A stretch of DNA of 63,222 nucleotides, counting the filler, from a bacterium (GTDB taxonomy: Bacteria; JADJOY01): assembly GCA_046331705.1 (NCBI GenBank). It is 3 parts of 3 records of this genome, joined end to end, with 100 filler letters (N's around TTAATTAATTAA, not from the genome) between each part and the next. Parts side by side here need not be neighbours in the genome. Positions count along the whole stretch, not along the records: positions 24,591 to 48,993 come from JAXLQJ010000083.1; positions 49,094 to 63,222 come from JAXLQJ010000101.1; 1 more part is not named here. The stretch is one strand, 5' to 3'. Below the pieces are notes generated by a model that was given only the letters and a program-made list of their open reading frames with translations, did no database searches and was not told the DNA's origin. Below, one piece after another: positions 38,886 to 49,415 of this stretch (the stretch's first letter is position 1; each line of letters starts with the position of its first letter). Both the position numbers and the translations under genes were made by a program.

Positions 38886-39758
38886 TCAATCCCAGCGAAA
38901 CGACCAGACGTCGCTGGCGAGCAGGCACGCGGCGAGCGCGGGAAGGCTTCCGTGCTCCGTGAGCACCAGCTCGTCGCAATACAGGAATTGCTCGCGCGCG
39001 AGGGCCAGCGCCTCGCCGCGGCCGCGCGGGCGGCGCGCCACCTCGACCTCGAGGCGATCGCGCGAGAGCCCCACCAGGCAGGCACCGAAGCGCTCGTGCC
39101 AGCGCTTCAGCATGGCGACGTGGACGTGCGTCGGCGGGCACGAGTTCCAGCCGCCGAAGCGCACGATCGCCGGCACGTCCCAACCGTGCGGCGTCTCGAC
39201 CCAGAGCAACGTGGCGTTGCCGGCGCGGCGCAGGCGCCAGAACGGGACGTCGCCGAGGTGGTGGGTGATCGGCGCGGCGGGCGTGTTCGGCCAGCCGCCG
39301 TCGAGCTCGTGAAGCAGGTCCGGGTCCGTCGAGGCCTCCTCGGCGAGCCAGAGGTCGACGTCGAGCGCCAGCCCTTCGCGCAGGATCGCGTCCGTGCTGT
39401 CGAGCGATTCGCGCAGCGAGGCGCGGTGCGCGGCCTCGTCGTCCGGGCCACCGATCACGGTCGGCCAACAGCCCGCCTCGCTGTCCAGAGCTCGGAGCGC
39501 GCGCCACACGGAGAGGGCCGAGCGCTCCGGTACCAGCGAGCGCCAGCAGGCCGGGGCCACCTCGCCGGCGGCCCACTCCTCGAAGTCCCAGAGCACGCCG
39601 TTCTGGTCGAGCAACGCGCGCAGCTCCGGACGCAGCTCGCGGGCGCCGTTCGCGCCGATACCCACGAAGTCCGTCGTGGGATCGTCGTTGCCGAGCGCTC
39701 GCTCGCCGGCGTGCGGTGGCTCGGTGTCCCGCTTGGGATGCCGTTCGTTCGACGCCAT
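38886..39758 (-). CDS. DUF4253-domain protein
   Basis: DVPAIVRFGGWNSCP, LKRWHERFGA, LAREQFLYC and terminal WSFRWD. Confidence 0.8.
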   Translation of the reverse strand: MASNERHPKRDTEPPHAGERALGNDDPTTDFVGIGANGARELRPELRALLDQNGVLWDFEEWAAGEVAPACWRSLVPERSALSVWRALRALDSEAGCWPTVIGGPDDEAAHRASLRESLDSTDAILREGLALDVDLWLAEEASTDPDLLHELDGGWPNTPAAPITHHLGDVPFWRLRRAGNATLLWVETPHGWDVPAIVRFGGWNSCPPTHVHVAMLKRWHERFGACLVGLSRDRLEVEVARRPRGRGEALALAREQFLYCDELVLTEHGSLPALAACLLASDVWSFRWD

Positions 39759-39969
39759 GAACCCGATCCGTCGTCCTCGGCGAACGCGTGCCGCACCGTA
39801 TCCCCGTTCGCGCGAGACGGCCAAGCGAGTGGATCGAGCGAGCGGGTCGAGCGGGTCGACGCGCAAGGGCGAGTTTTCCGCGGGCCTGCTAGGCTCAATG
39901 CGGCCGTCGTCCCTCAGGCCGTGTCCTGGCTGCCGGCGGACGGCGCTCGGCAGGCCCGCTCGAGCACCG

Positions 39970-40593
39970 GTGAGCACGACCTCGACCTCCGACCGGATCG
40001 TGACCGTGCCCAACGCGTTGAGCGCGTTGCGGCTGCTGCTCGTGCCGTTGCTCGCGGTCCTGGTGGTGCGCGGCGCGATGACGCAGGCGCTGACCGTGTT
40101 CCTGGTCGCCGCCGTCACCGATCTCCTCGATGGTCTCGCGGCGCGCGTGCTGGACCAGCGCACCCGCCTCGGCAGTTACCTCGATCCGCTCGCCGACAAG
40201 TCGCTGGCGCTGACCTCGCTCGTGCTGCTCGCGTGGCGGGGTGCCTTGCCGTGGTGGATCGCCATCCTGGCGTTCGGGCGCGACGCGTCCTTCGTCGCCT
40301 ATTACGGGCTGCTGCGCCTGCGGCAGCGAGCGCTCTCGCGCGTGCGGCCCTCGTTGCTGGGCAAGGCCGCGACCAGCTTCGAGCTGGCGACGATCGGCAT
40401 GGCGTTGATCGCGGCGCTCTCCGCTCATCCGGCGTGGGCCCTCGCGCTGCGCGATGCGCTCTGCGTGGGCGCGGCGCTCTTGATCGCGGGCTCCGCCGTG
40501 CAATACGTGCACCACGAGCGACGTTTGATTCGCGATCTCGTCGCTCCGCGACGTGCGCTCGCCGCGAACGGCGCGCGGGCCGACGATGGCTGA
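39970..40593 (+). CDS. CDP-alcohol phosphatidyltransferase (PgsA/cardiolipin synthase-like)
   Basis: TVPNALSALR and TDLLDGLAARVLDQRTRLGSYLDPLADK signature. Confidence 0.92.
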   Translation: MSTTSTSDRIVTVPNALSALRLLLVPLLAVLVVRGAMTQALTVFLVAAVTDLLDGLAARVLDQRTRLGSYLDPLADKSLALTSLVLLAWRGALPWWIAILAFGRDASFVAYYGLLRLRQRALSRVRPSLLGKAATSFELATIGMALIAALSAHPAWALALRDALCVGAALLIAGSAVQYVHHERRLIRDLVAPRRALAANGARADDG

Positions 40594-42712
40594 GGGGCTC
40601 GAGACCGCCATCCGGCGGCGCGACGCAGCGGCGGTGCTCGACGAGCTGGGCCGCGTTCCGGGATTCCGGGCCGGTACGCGAACGGAGACGGAGGCCGTCG
40701 AGGCGGAGCGCGGCCTCGCGCTCGCGGCGCGGCTCGGCGCCGTCGAGATCGTGCGCCTGCTGCTGGACGCGGGAGTGCCCGCCGAGCCGAAGTCGAGGAG
40801 CGAGCGCGCGCCCCTCGCATGGGCGGTGCTGGGCGAAGAGCGCGGCGGCGAGGCGTCGCGCGCGCAGGGGGTCGAGGCCGATGCGCAAGACGCCGCCTGC
40901 GTCGAGGTGCTGCGCGCGCTTCACGCCGCCGGCGCCGAGCTCGATCGCGCGGACGCCACCACCGCGACGGCGCTTCACCACGCCGCAGCCGCCAATCGCC
41001 TGGCGGCGATCCGCTGCCTCGCCGAGCTGGGCGCCAAGCTCGACGTGCCCGACGACGAAGGAGTGACACCCATCGGGTACGCGGCGGCGAGCCAGCACCT
41101 CGACGCGGTGCGCCTGCTCCTCGATCTGGGCGCCAGCGCGCGAGTCCCCGCGCGCCACGGTCGGACGCTGCTCACCGCGATCGCAGCGGCGGGCGACACG
41201 GAGGTGGTGCTGCGGCTGCTCGGATCGGGGATCGGCGTGAACCTGCCGGACCGTCTCGGGCGCACCGCGCTCCTCGAGGCCGCGGCGGGCGATCACGTCG
41301 AGCTCACGCGGGCGCTGCTCGCGCACCGCGCCGACCCCAATGCGCCGGACGCGGATGGCACGACGGCGCTGATGGCCGCTGGCGCGTGGGGATCGGTGGA
41401 GCTCGTGCAGGTGCTGCTCGATCATCGCGCCCGGCTCGACGCGCGCGATTCGAGCGGTCGATCGCCGCTTCACCACGCCGTCACCAACCGCGCGGTGGTG
41501 GAGTTGCTGCTCGAGCGCGGTGCCGACCCGTGCGCCGTCGACGGCGCCGGACGGACGGCACTGCACGACGTGGTGGGCGGCCCCGCGGAGGATCCCACGG
41601 TGATCGAGCTGCTCGTCACGCGCGGCGCCGATCCCGATGCCACGGATCAGCGCGGCGAGACTCCGCTGCACGTCGCGTCACGCTGGGGGCGGGCTGGGAG
41701 CGCGGCGCAGCTGCTGCGGCTGGGCGCCTCGCCGGATTCCCTCGACGTGCTGGGTCGCACGCCGCTCTTCGGCGTGACGCGTGTGGGGCCGGTGCTCGAG
41801 GTGCTGGCCGCGGCGCGCGCGCGGATCGATGCCCGCGACCTCGACGGCTTCACGCCGCTCATGGTCGCGTCGCGCGAGGGACGCGCGAGCCTGGTCGAGT
41901 GGCTGGTGGCCCAGGGGGCCGAGGTGCGCGCGACGAGCGATGCCGGCGAGACCGCGTTGACGCAGGCGTTGCGCACCGGGCACGCCGACGTCGCGCTCGC
42001 GCTGCTCGGCCACGGAGCCGACGCGAGCACGCTCACCGCGGACCAGCGCACGCCGCTCACGCTCGCGGCCGCCCACGGGTTGCTCGACGAGCTTCCTCGC
42101 CGTCCACGCTCGTGGCGCGACGACGCGATGGCGCCGGTGATCGCGTCGCTGATCGAGCGCGGCGCCGATCCCAACGCGGGCCGCGTCGAGGGGCCGCGCG
42201 CCGGAACCGTCTTGCACGCCGCGTGCGAGACGCGTTGCCCCGAGGTGGTCGAGATGCTGCTCGCGCGCGGAGCCGACCCAGCCGCCATCGATCGGCGCGG
42301 CGAGACGCCGCTCATGCGGGCGCTCGCCTCGAGCGAGGTGGTCCGCGCGCTGCTGGCGGGTGGCGCGCGGGTGGACGCGCGCGACCACAAGCAGCGCACC
42401 GTGCTGCACGTCCTGACCCAGAGTTGTGGCACCTCCGACCGCGGCTCGATCCAGGTGGCGATGGACGCCCTCGATCAGCTGGTGGACGCAGGGGCGGAGG
42501 TCGACGCGCGTGACGCCGAGGGCGCTACACCGCTCTTTCGCGTGGTCGGCAGGCGGGGCGCGGTGGCGCTCGCGGATCGCTTGCTCGCCTGCGGCGCCGA
42601 CCCATTGGCGCGGAACGCGCGCCGCGACTCGGTGTTGGATGCCGCCATCCGTCGCGGCGATCCCGCGATCGTGGCGCTGGTTCGCGATGCCGTTCGGCGC
42701 GCGGGTGGCTGA
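40586..42712 (+). CDS. Long ankyrin-repeat protein
   Basis: More than 15 G-x-T-P/A-L-H/M...LL..GAD repeats spanning almost the whole protein. Overlaps the upstream stop. Confidence 0.92.
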   Translation: MAEGLETAIRRRDAAAVLDELGRVPGFRAGTRTETEAVEAERGLALAARLGAVEIVRLLLDAGVPAEPKSRSERAPLAWAVLGEERGGEASRAQGVEADAQDAACVEVLRALHAAGAELDRADATTATALHHAAAANRLAAIRCLAELGAKLDVPDDEGVTPIGYAAASQHLDAVRLLLDLGASARVPARHGRTLLTAIAAAGDTEVVLRLLGSGIGVNLPDRLGRTALLEAAAGDHVELTRALLAHRADPNAPDADGTTALMAAGAWGSVELVQVLLDHRARLDARDSSGRSPLHHAVTNRAVVELLLERGADPCAVDGAGRTALHDVVGGPAEDPTVIELLVTRGADPDATDQRGETPLHVASRWGRAGSAAQLLRLGASPDSLDVLGRTPLFGVTRVGPVLEVLAAARARIDARDLDGFTPLMVASREGRASLVEWLVAQGAEVRATSDAGETALTQALRTGHADVALALLGHGADASTLTADQRTPLTLAAAHGLLDELPRRPRSWRDDAMAPVIASLIERGADPNAGRVEGPRAGTVLHAACETRCPEVVEMLLARGADPAAIDRRGETPLMRALASSEVVRALLAGGARVDARDHKQRTVLHVLTQSCGTSDRGSIQVAMDALDQLVDAGAEVDARDAEGATPLFRVVGRRGAVALADRLLACGADPLARNARRDSVLDAAIRRGDPAIVALVRDAVRRAGG

Positions 42713-43082
42713 ACCTCGCTGGGCAGACTGACGGGAAGTGGCCGCACGCGGGCCCGGGATGGGCGCGCGAGCTCGATTGGCGAACGCTGCCAGCGGGCGT
42801 CGTTCGAGTGTTGGACACCGCGCGGGCCACGCCGCTCGCCGCGCCGCGGCATCACGGATGCCACGAAGAAAGGCCATGCGCGAGACACCATCGCGCGGTG
42901 AGCCGCATCGTCGCCGCGCACGAGGCGCATAGGCAGCAACCTCTAACCATGGGCGCCTTTCTTGCGTTGCGCGGCCCGGCCGGTGCATCGTCGTCGTCGC
43001 GCCGGCCCCGGGTGCAGCGACGAGCGGCGTCGCCCCCGGTCGATCACGCAGGCCCCAGCGTCGAACAGGGAGGAACGCACGG

Positions 43083-44594
43083 ATGGCAACGGCACGAGTG
43101 GGAGCGCACTACTACCTCTGGTATCGCAAGGACCAGTGGGACCGGCAGGCCTGCCGACAGCAGCCTCGGATTGGCTTCTACCACTCGGTCGAGCGCGAGG
43201 TCGTCGAGTACCACATCGCGCTCGCGCACGGCTGGGGCATTCGTACCTTCGTGCTCGAATGCGTCGATCCGCGCCATACCCCGATCGACGAGGTGTTCTT
43301 CGCGGGCGACGCGCAGCGTCCGAGAAACGTAGGCGACCTCGACTACGCCGTGCTCTACGACATCGACATCCGGCTCAAGACGCGCGCCGGCTTCGGCGAC
43401 GGAAGCTGCCATCCGACGGGTCGGTGGTTCTACGACTTCACCGCCCGCTGCGGCGAGTTCCAAGAGCTCAGCGTCGGTCAGATCTGGGAGGAAGACCTGC
43501 GGGCGATCATCGACAAGTACGCGATGAACGTCACCTGGCCCTACCTGCACGTCCGCGATCGGCCGCTGATCTGGCTCTACAACGCGCTGTGGTACGGGGA
43601 CGGATGGCGCGAGCGCATGGCCGCCGTCCGGCAGTACGCGCGCGATCGGTATCATCGCGAGCCCTACTTCGTCGCCGATCTCGGCTGGGTGCGTTGGCCC
43701 GAGGACGCGCACGGCGTGGAGCTGGCGACGTTTCTGGCGCCGCTCGCGGACGGAACGGCGCCGTTCGACGCCGTGAGCGGCTATTCGGCGCCCTTCACCT
43801 CGCGCGACCCGCGCAGCCAGATCGACGTCAAGCGCGCGAACTTCGACCATGTGCGCGCGCAGGCCGCGGAGGCGGGAGTGACGATCGACATCCTGCCGTC
43901 GGCCGCTCCGCAGTTCCAGATGCACGAGCGATGCGGCGAGCCTTTCCCGGCGGGTCGCTACTCGTTCCTCGAGAGCCCGGACGAGTTCCGCGAGGTGCTG
44001 CGCGAGGTGCGCGCGCTGGTGCCCGACGTGGTCGACGGGCACTTCTTCGTCACCACCTTCAACGAATGGCACGAAGGCACCACCGTCGAGCCGACCCGGA
44101 AGGCCCCCTCGCTCGCCGCCAAGTTCCACCGCCGCGCCGATCCCGATCCCGACGGCACCAAGAACGGCCTCTACGAGTTCGAGCTGCTCGATGCGATCCG
44201 CGCCGAGCTCGGCGACGAGGACGCCCCGCCTCCGCTGGCGGCACGGATCGTGACGGACACGCTCGGCGCCGATGGCGTGAAGCTCACCGCCGGCCACAAG
44301 CACGAGTTCACGATCACCGTCGAGAACACCGGCGGCTTCGCGTGGAGCCCGCTCGCCCAGGTCCGGCTCGGGCGCAACGATCCGGACGATCACGAGAACC
44401 CCGCGCGGCTGAGCGGACGCGTCGAGCTGCCCGCGCGGAGCCTGACCCGGCGAGGCACCACGGCCACGTTCCGCGTCAGCGTGAGCCCGCCCGCCGAGCT
44501 CCGAGGCAAGACCCTCACGCTCGAGATGCAGATGCTCGTGGAGAACCACGTCCGCTTCGGCGACCTCTGGCGCAAGCGCGTCACGTTCGTCTGA
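43083..44594 (+). CDS. GH99/GH71-like glycoside hydrolase with a C-terminal Ig-like domain
   Basis: VGAHYYLWY, PRIGFYHS...EYHI..AHGWGI, catalytic-type TTFNEWHEGTTVEP and C-terminal TITVENTGGFAW. Confidence 0.75.
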   Translation: MATARVGAHYYLWYRKDQWDRQACRQQPRIGFYHSVEREVVEYHIALAHGWGIRTFVLECVDPRHTPIDEVFFAGDAQRPRNVGDLDYAVLYDIDIRLKTRAGFGDGSCHPTGRWFYDFTARCGEFQELSVGQIWEEDLRAIIDKYAMNVTWPYLHVRDRPLIWLYNALWYGDGWRERMAAVRQYARDRYHREPYFVADLGWVRWPEDAHGVELATFLAPLADGTAPFDAVSGYSAPFTSRDPRSQIDVKRANFDHVRAQAAEAGVTIDILPSAAPQFQMHERCGEPFPAGRYSFLESPDEFREVLREVRALVPDVVDGHFFVTTFNEWHEGTTVEPTRKAPSLAAKFHRRADPDPDGTKNGLYEFELLDAIRAELGDEDAPPPLAARIVTDTLGADGVKLTAGHKHEFTITVENTGGFAWSPLAQVRLGRNDPDDHENPARLSGRVELPARSLTRRGTTATFRVSVSPPAELRGKTLTLEMQMLVENHVRFGDLWRKRVTFV

Positions 44595-44712
44595 GCGACC
44601 CCTCTCGGCGCGCCGCTTCGCGATCTGCTCCGATCGCCGCGACAGTCGGCTATGTTGCGGGAAAGGCTCGGGTTCCCGGCGGGTCGGGAGTGCCCTGCCG
44701 AGAGTGGGTCCC

Positions 44713-46104
44713 ATGAAAGAGATTCTCGCGACCGTGGCGGCCGAGAGCGCGGCGTTCCTGGAGCTGCGCTACCACCGACGCGTGCACAATTCGTTCTCGG
44801 TGCAGAAGGGGCGAGTCGAGGAAGCCGCGCACCGTACGCGGGCCGGCGTGGGCGTTCGCGCGCTGGTCGACGGCGCGTGGGGATTCGCGTCGACCTCCGC
44901 GCTCGATGTCGCCGGGGTGCGCGCCGCCGCCGTGCAGGCCGTGTCCGCGGCGCGGGAGCTGGCGCGCGCCGGCGCACGGCAAGTCCCGGCGCTGCCCGCC
45001 GCGGAGCTAGCGCGCACCGACTACGTGGGCGAGGGCTTCGAGGAGCTCTCGCGCCTGGCGCTCGGCGACAAGCTGGCGCGCACCGTCGAGCTGGAACGCG
45101 CCACCGTCGCCGCCTCGAGCCGGGTCCACACGGCGGCCACGCGCTACTCGGAGATCTTCGAGGAGAAGGCGATCGTCACCACCGACGGCGCTGCCGCGTC
45201 GTATCGGCTGGTTCGCCCCGAGGTCTCGGTGCGGGCCTTCGCCGAGAAGGACGGCAGCCAGGTGGTGTGCGCGAACTCGGTGGGCGTCACCGGCGGTTGG
45301 CGCTGCCTCTTCGAGCATGCCAATGCCGCGAACATCACCGAGCGCACGGCGGCGCGGGCCGTCGAGCTGCTCGCGGCGCCGCACGTCCACGGCGGCGTCA
45401 GGACGGTGATTCTGGCGCCCTCGATCGTGGGCTTGCTCACCCACGAGGCCATCGGACACACGGTCGAGGCGGATCTGGTGCTCGCGGGGTCGGTGGCCAA
45501 CGGCAAGCTGGGGTCGCGCGTCGCGTCGGAGCTCGTGACGCTCTGCGATTCGGGCGCATCCGAGCACAGCGGTGGGGCCGGCGGGACGTTGCCCTTCGAC
45601 GACGAGGGCGTGCCTGCGCGGCGCGTCGAGATCATCCGCGACGGCACGCTCGTGTCGTATCTCCACAATCGCGAGAGCGCCGCTCATTTCGGAGTCGCGC
45701 CCACCGGCAACGGTCGGGCATGGGAATACTCCGACGAGCCGTTGATCCGGATGCGCAACACCTACATCGAACCGGGCGACACGAGCCTGGAAGCGATGAT
45801 CGCGTCCACCGAGGACGGCTTTCTGCTCGACAATCCCAACTCGGGTCAGGCCGACTCGACGGGCGAGTTCATGTTCGGCGCCGGCGAGGCGTGGGAGATC
45901 AAGAACGGCAAGCTCGGTCGCCTGCACCGCGAGGTCACGCTCTCCGGGTTGGCGTTCGAGGTGCTGCAGAGCGTCGATGCCGTGAGCTCCGAGTTCCGCT
46001 GGGATCTGGGTTCGGGCCATTGCGGCAAGGGGCAGCTCGCGAAGGTCGACGCGGGCGGTCCGTATCTGCGCTGCAAGCTCATGCTCGGTGGAGTCCAGGG
46101 ATGA
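44713..46104 (+). CDS. tldD: TldD metalloprotease subunit
   Basis: GVGVRALVDGAWGFAST, HEAIGH zinc motif, FDDEG, GNGRA, RMRNT and CGKGQ. Confidence 0.92.
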   Translation: MKEILATVAAESAAFLELRYHRRVHNSFSVQKGRVEEAAHRTRAGVGVRALVDGAWGFASTSALDVAGVRAAAVQAVSAARELARAGARQVPALPAAELARTDYVGEGFEELSRLALGDKLARTVELERATVAASSRVHTAATRYSEIFEEKAIVTTDGAAASYRLVRPEVSVRAFAEKDGSQVVCANSVGVTGGWRCLFEHANAANITERTAARAVELLAAPHVHGGVRTVILAPSIVGLLTHEAIGHTVEADLVLAGSVANGKLGSRVASELVTLCDSGASEHSGGAGGTLPFDDEGVPARRVEIIRDGTLVSYLHNRESAAHFGVAPTGNGRAWEYSDEPLIRMRNTYIEPGDTSLEAMIASTEDGFLLDNPNSGQADSTGEFMFGAGEAWEIKNGKLGRLHREVTLSGLAFEVLQSVDAVSSEFRWDLGSGHCGKGQLAKVDAGGPYLRCKLMLGGVQG

Positions 46105-47435
46105 CCATGAGCACCTCCGATCTCGGCGCGACGGCGGAGCGGCTCCTCGACCTCGCCCATCAGGCGGGTGCCGAGGAGGTGCAGGTTCGCGCCGAGCGCG
46201 AGACGGAGCGGCGCGTGAGCTTCGAGCGCGGCGCGCTGCACCTCGCGACCGCCGGCGCCGAGACGCGCTTCTCGATTCGCGTCCACAAGGACCAACGGCT
46301 GGGCGCGGTGCAGACCAACTCGGTGAGCGACGACGACCTTCGCGAGGCGGTGCGCGCGGCGCTCGATCTCGCGCGCTTCTCGCCGCCCGACCAGCACCTG
46401 ACGATGCCGGCGGCGCGTCCGTTCCGACCCACCACCCGCCGCTACGATCCCGCGCTGGCGGCGCTCGACGCCGGCGGTCTGCAGCGGCTCGCGTCGCGCT
46501 ACCTGGGTGCCCTGAAGCGCGACCCGCGCGTTTCCGTGGAGAGTGGCTCGGTCTCGTGGGAGGTGGGCGAGATCTGCATCGCCAACAGTTACGGCGTGCG
46601 TGCCTCGGACACCTGGACGCACGCAGCCTGGACCGCGCTCGTCGAAGGCATCGACGGCGACGAGGTCACGAGCTTCGACTACGAGAGCGGGGGCGCGTTC
46701 GCGCTCGCGGGCATCGACGAGCGCATCGTCGCCGACGGCGAGCAACTCGCGGGCAACGTGCTTGCCACGTTCGGCGCCGGGAAGGGCATCACCTACAAGG
46801 GGCCCGTGCTGCTCACGCCGCGGGCCGTGGGCGAGCTCTTGCTCGAGCCGCTCGAGTTCCACCTCTCGGGGCTGTCGGTGCTCTACGGGAAGTCGTCGCT
46901 CGGCGACGACCGTCGCGACACCGCGATCGCGAGCCCGCTGCTCACGGTGCGCGACGATCCCAGCGATCTCATGCTGGCCGGCGCCACCCCCTTCGACGAC
47001 GAGGGGGTTCCGACCCAGCCGCTCGATCTGGTGCGGGCGGGCCGCTTGGTCACGCACATCGAGAACGCGTACTCGGCGAAGCGGCGCGGCCGTCCGTTGA
47101 CCGGCCACGCGCGGTTGGGGCTGCACGCGGCGGTGGTGGAGCCGGGCTTCACGTCCGCGGCCGAGCTGGCGCGCGGCGCGACGCCCATCCTCGCGGTCCA
47201 CCGCTTCAGCGGCAACGTGACTCCGGCGAGCGGCGATTTCTCGGGGATCGCGAAATCGAGCCACCTGCTCATGCCCGACGGTGAGCGCCGCCCAGTGCGC
47301 GAAACGATGATCGCCGGCAACTTCTTCGATGCGCTACGCGGCATCGTGGCGGTGGGCGAAGCGAGCGCGATCGCCGACGGCTCCTTCCGCGCGCCCCACG
47401 TGCTGGTGGACGGGATCTCGGTCACCAGCGAGTAG
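46101..47435 (+). CDS. pmbA: TldE/PmbA subunit
   Basis: IANSYG, PFDDEG, SGDFSG and ETMIAGN. No HExxxH. ATGA overlap with tldD. Confidence 0.88.
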   Translation: MTMSTSDLGATAERLLDLAHQAGAEEVQVRAERETERRVSFERGALHLATAGAETRFSIRVHKDQRLGAVQTNSVSDDDLREAVRAALDLARFSPPDQHLTMPAARPFRPTTRRYDPALAALDAGGLQRLASRYLGALKRDPRVSVESGSVSWEVGEICIANSYGVRASDTWTHAAWTALVEGIDGDEVTSFDYESGGAFALAGIDERIVADGEQLAGNVLATFGAGKGITYKGPVLLTPRAVGELLLEPLEFHLSGLSVLYGKSSLGDDRRDTAIASPLLTVRDDPSDLMLAGATPFDDEGVPTQPLDLVRAGRLVTHIENAYSAKRRGRPLTGHARLGLHAAVVEPGFTSAAELARGATPILAVHRFSGNVTPASGDFSGIAKSSHLLMPDGERRPVRETMIAGNFFDALRGIVAVGEASAIADGSFRAPHVLVDGISVTSE

Positions 47436-47507
47436 GAAGTGCCGAGCGCGGCGCCACGCAGCCGTGTGGCGTCGTCTGCCGCCAGCCCGTTCCCTCGCGA
47501 CGACGAC

Positions 47508-48296
47508 ATGGCCGTCCACGATTCGCAGCGCACCCCGCACGACGGCGCGCCGGCGGGGCCGAGCCCGCTCGGAGAGCCGGCGCCTCGCGAGCGGTCGGAG
47601 GTCGGGCCCGACGCGCGAGCCGAGCGGAGCGCGGCGGCAACGTCCCGGCCGTTCGCGGTCAAGGAGATCTACTTCACCCACCAAGGGGAGGGCGCGCACA
47701 CCGGACGCGCGGCGGTGTTCTGTCGATTCTCGGGCTGCAATCTGTGGTCGGGGCGCGAGGACGACCGCGGCGCCGCGCGCTGCGATTTCTGCGACACGGA
47801 CTTCGTCGGTACCGACGGGCCAGGCGGTGGGACGTTCGCGAGCGCGGATGCGCTCGCGGACGCGATCCGCGAGGTGTGGAGCCGCGGCGCGGCAGCGGAT
47901 CGAGCGGCGACCGCGGCGCCGTTCGTGGTGTTCACGGGCGGCGAGCCCGGGCTCCAGCTTCGCGGCGAGCTCGTCGACGCTTGCCACCAGCGCGGCCTCG
48001 AGATCGCCGTCGAGACCAACGGCACGGTGCCGGTGCCGGCGGGCATCGACTGGGTCACCGTGAGCCCCAAGGCGGGAACGAGCCTCGCGATCACCCGTGG
48101 CCAAGAGCTGAAGCTCGTGTGGCCACAGCCGCTCGACCCCGCGTCCTTCGAGTCGCTGGCTTTCGACTGCTTCTTCCTGCAGCCGATGGACGGGCCGGAC
48201 TACGACCGGAACCTGGCGCTCACGTTCGACTACTGCCGCGCGCACCCGCGCTGGCAGCCGTCCATCCAGACCCACAAGTACCTGGGGATCCCGTGA
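47508..48296 (+). CDS. queE: 7-carboxy-7-deazaguanine synthase (radical SAM, CX14CX2C type)
   Basis: VKEIYFTHQGEG, RFSGCNLWSGREDDRGAARCDFCDTDF, TGGEP, ETNG, VSPK and QTHKYLGIP. Start uncertain (47439 or 47508). Confidence 0.93.
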   Translation: MAVHDSQRTPHDGAPAGPSPLGEPAPRERSEVGPDARAERSAAATSRPFAVKEIYFTHQGEGAHTGRAAVFCRFSGCNLWSGREDDRGAARCDFCDTDFVGTDGPGGGTFASADALADAIREVWSRGAAADRAATAAPFVVFTGGEPGLQLRGELVDACHQRGLEIAVETNGTVPVPAGIDWVTVSPKAGTSLAITRGQELKLVWPQPLDPASFESLAFDCFFLQPMDGPDYDRNLALTFDYCRAHPRWQPSIQTHKYLGIP

Positions 48297-48993
48297 CCGA
48301 CGCGCCCGTCACGCGGCCGCTCCGGCGCATCGACGCGGACGAGGTGATCGCCACGGCGGAGCGCTTGGCGCAGCGCATCCGCGAGCGCTTCCCGGACTCG
48401 GGGCTCGCGCGCGTGGCGCGCGAGCTGCACGCGATCTCGGTGGAGGCGAAGGAGCGCGCCGTCTGGCTGCGCGCGCCGAATTGGCTGATGCGCGGCGTGG
48501 CGACGTTGCTGGTGACCCTGTTGCTCGTGATCGTGATCGCGACACTCGCGCGCATCGGGCTGCCGCGCCGCATCGAGACCTTCCAGGAGCTGGTGCAGGT
48601 GCTCGAGTCGGGGATCAACGACGTGGTGTTCGTCGGCATCGCGGTGTTCTTCGTCACCAGCCTGGAAACCCGACGCAAGCGCAAGCGCGCGCTCGACTGG
48701 ATCGACGAGCTGCGCAGCCTCGCCCACATCGTCGACATGCACCAGCTCACCAAGGACCCGGACCAGTTCCGGCGCGATCGCGTCGCCACGCCGTCCTCGC
48801 CCACGCGCTCGCTCACGCGCGCCGAGCTCACCCGCTACCTCGACTATTCGAGCGAGCTCTTGGCGGTGACCAGCAAGGTGGCGGCGCTCTATGCCCAGGA
48901 CTTCGGCGACGCGGGTTTGCTCGCGGCCGTGAACGAGATCGAGAACCTCACCTCCGGGTTGGCGCGGAAGATCTGGCAGAAGCTCATGGTCCT
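48293..48993 (+). CDS. Conserved hypothetical membrane protein, truncated at the gap
   Basis: GTGA overlap with queE, two TM helices, ELRSLAHIVDMHQLTKDP and RYLDYSSELL. Confidence 0.75.
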
Positions 48994-49093
48994 NNNNNNN
49001 NNNNNNNNNNNNNNNNNNNNNNNNNNNNNNNNNNNNNTTAATTAATTAANNNNNNNNNNNNNNNNNNNNNNNNNNNNNNNNNNNNNNNNNNNN
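48994..49093. other. Artificial contig linker
   Basis: Ns flanking TTAATTAATTAA, identical in design to the first gap. Confidence 0.97.
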
Positions 49094-49415
49094 CCGATGC
49101 GCATGCCGAAGTAGTGGTGCGGCGCCGCCACGCACCACAGTCCGCTCGCGAGCTGCTCGAGTGCCATCTTCCCCTCGGAAGCGATTCGCCTTCAGCGAGT
49201 TGCGCCGTTCGCCGCGATCTTGCTCAAGGAATACGCGCGTTCACAACGTCTACTCGATTCCGCCGATGCGATCCACTACCCGTCCGTAGCTGGATCTCGC
49301 CAGCGCCGAGTCCAACACCGTCACGGGTTCGCGCCGCTCGAGGCGACCGGAACCATCCCCGTTCGGGGTGGTCCGCGAGCGGTGCGCAAGAGGTCGCGAT
49401 ACGGAGGCCTACGCG

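Noticed and set aside
40586-42712. Repetitive DNA as a CRISPR array or tandem repeat
   Set aside because: The periodicity comes from degenerate ankyrin coding repeats. There are no identical direct repeats with spacers and no cas genes.
44713-48296. RiPP cluster (TldDE plus radical SAM)
   Set aside because: The radical SAM enzyme is clearly QueE, and no precursor peptide, YcaO or transporter is present.
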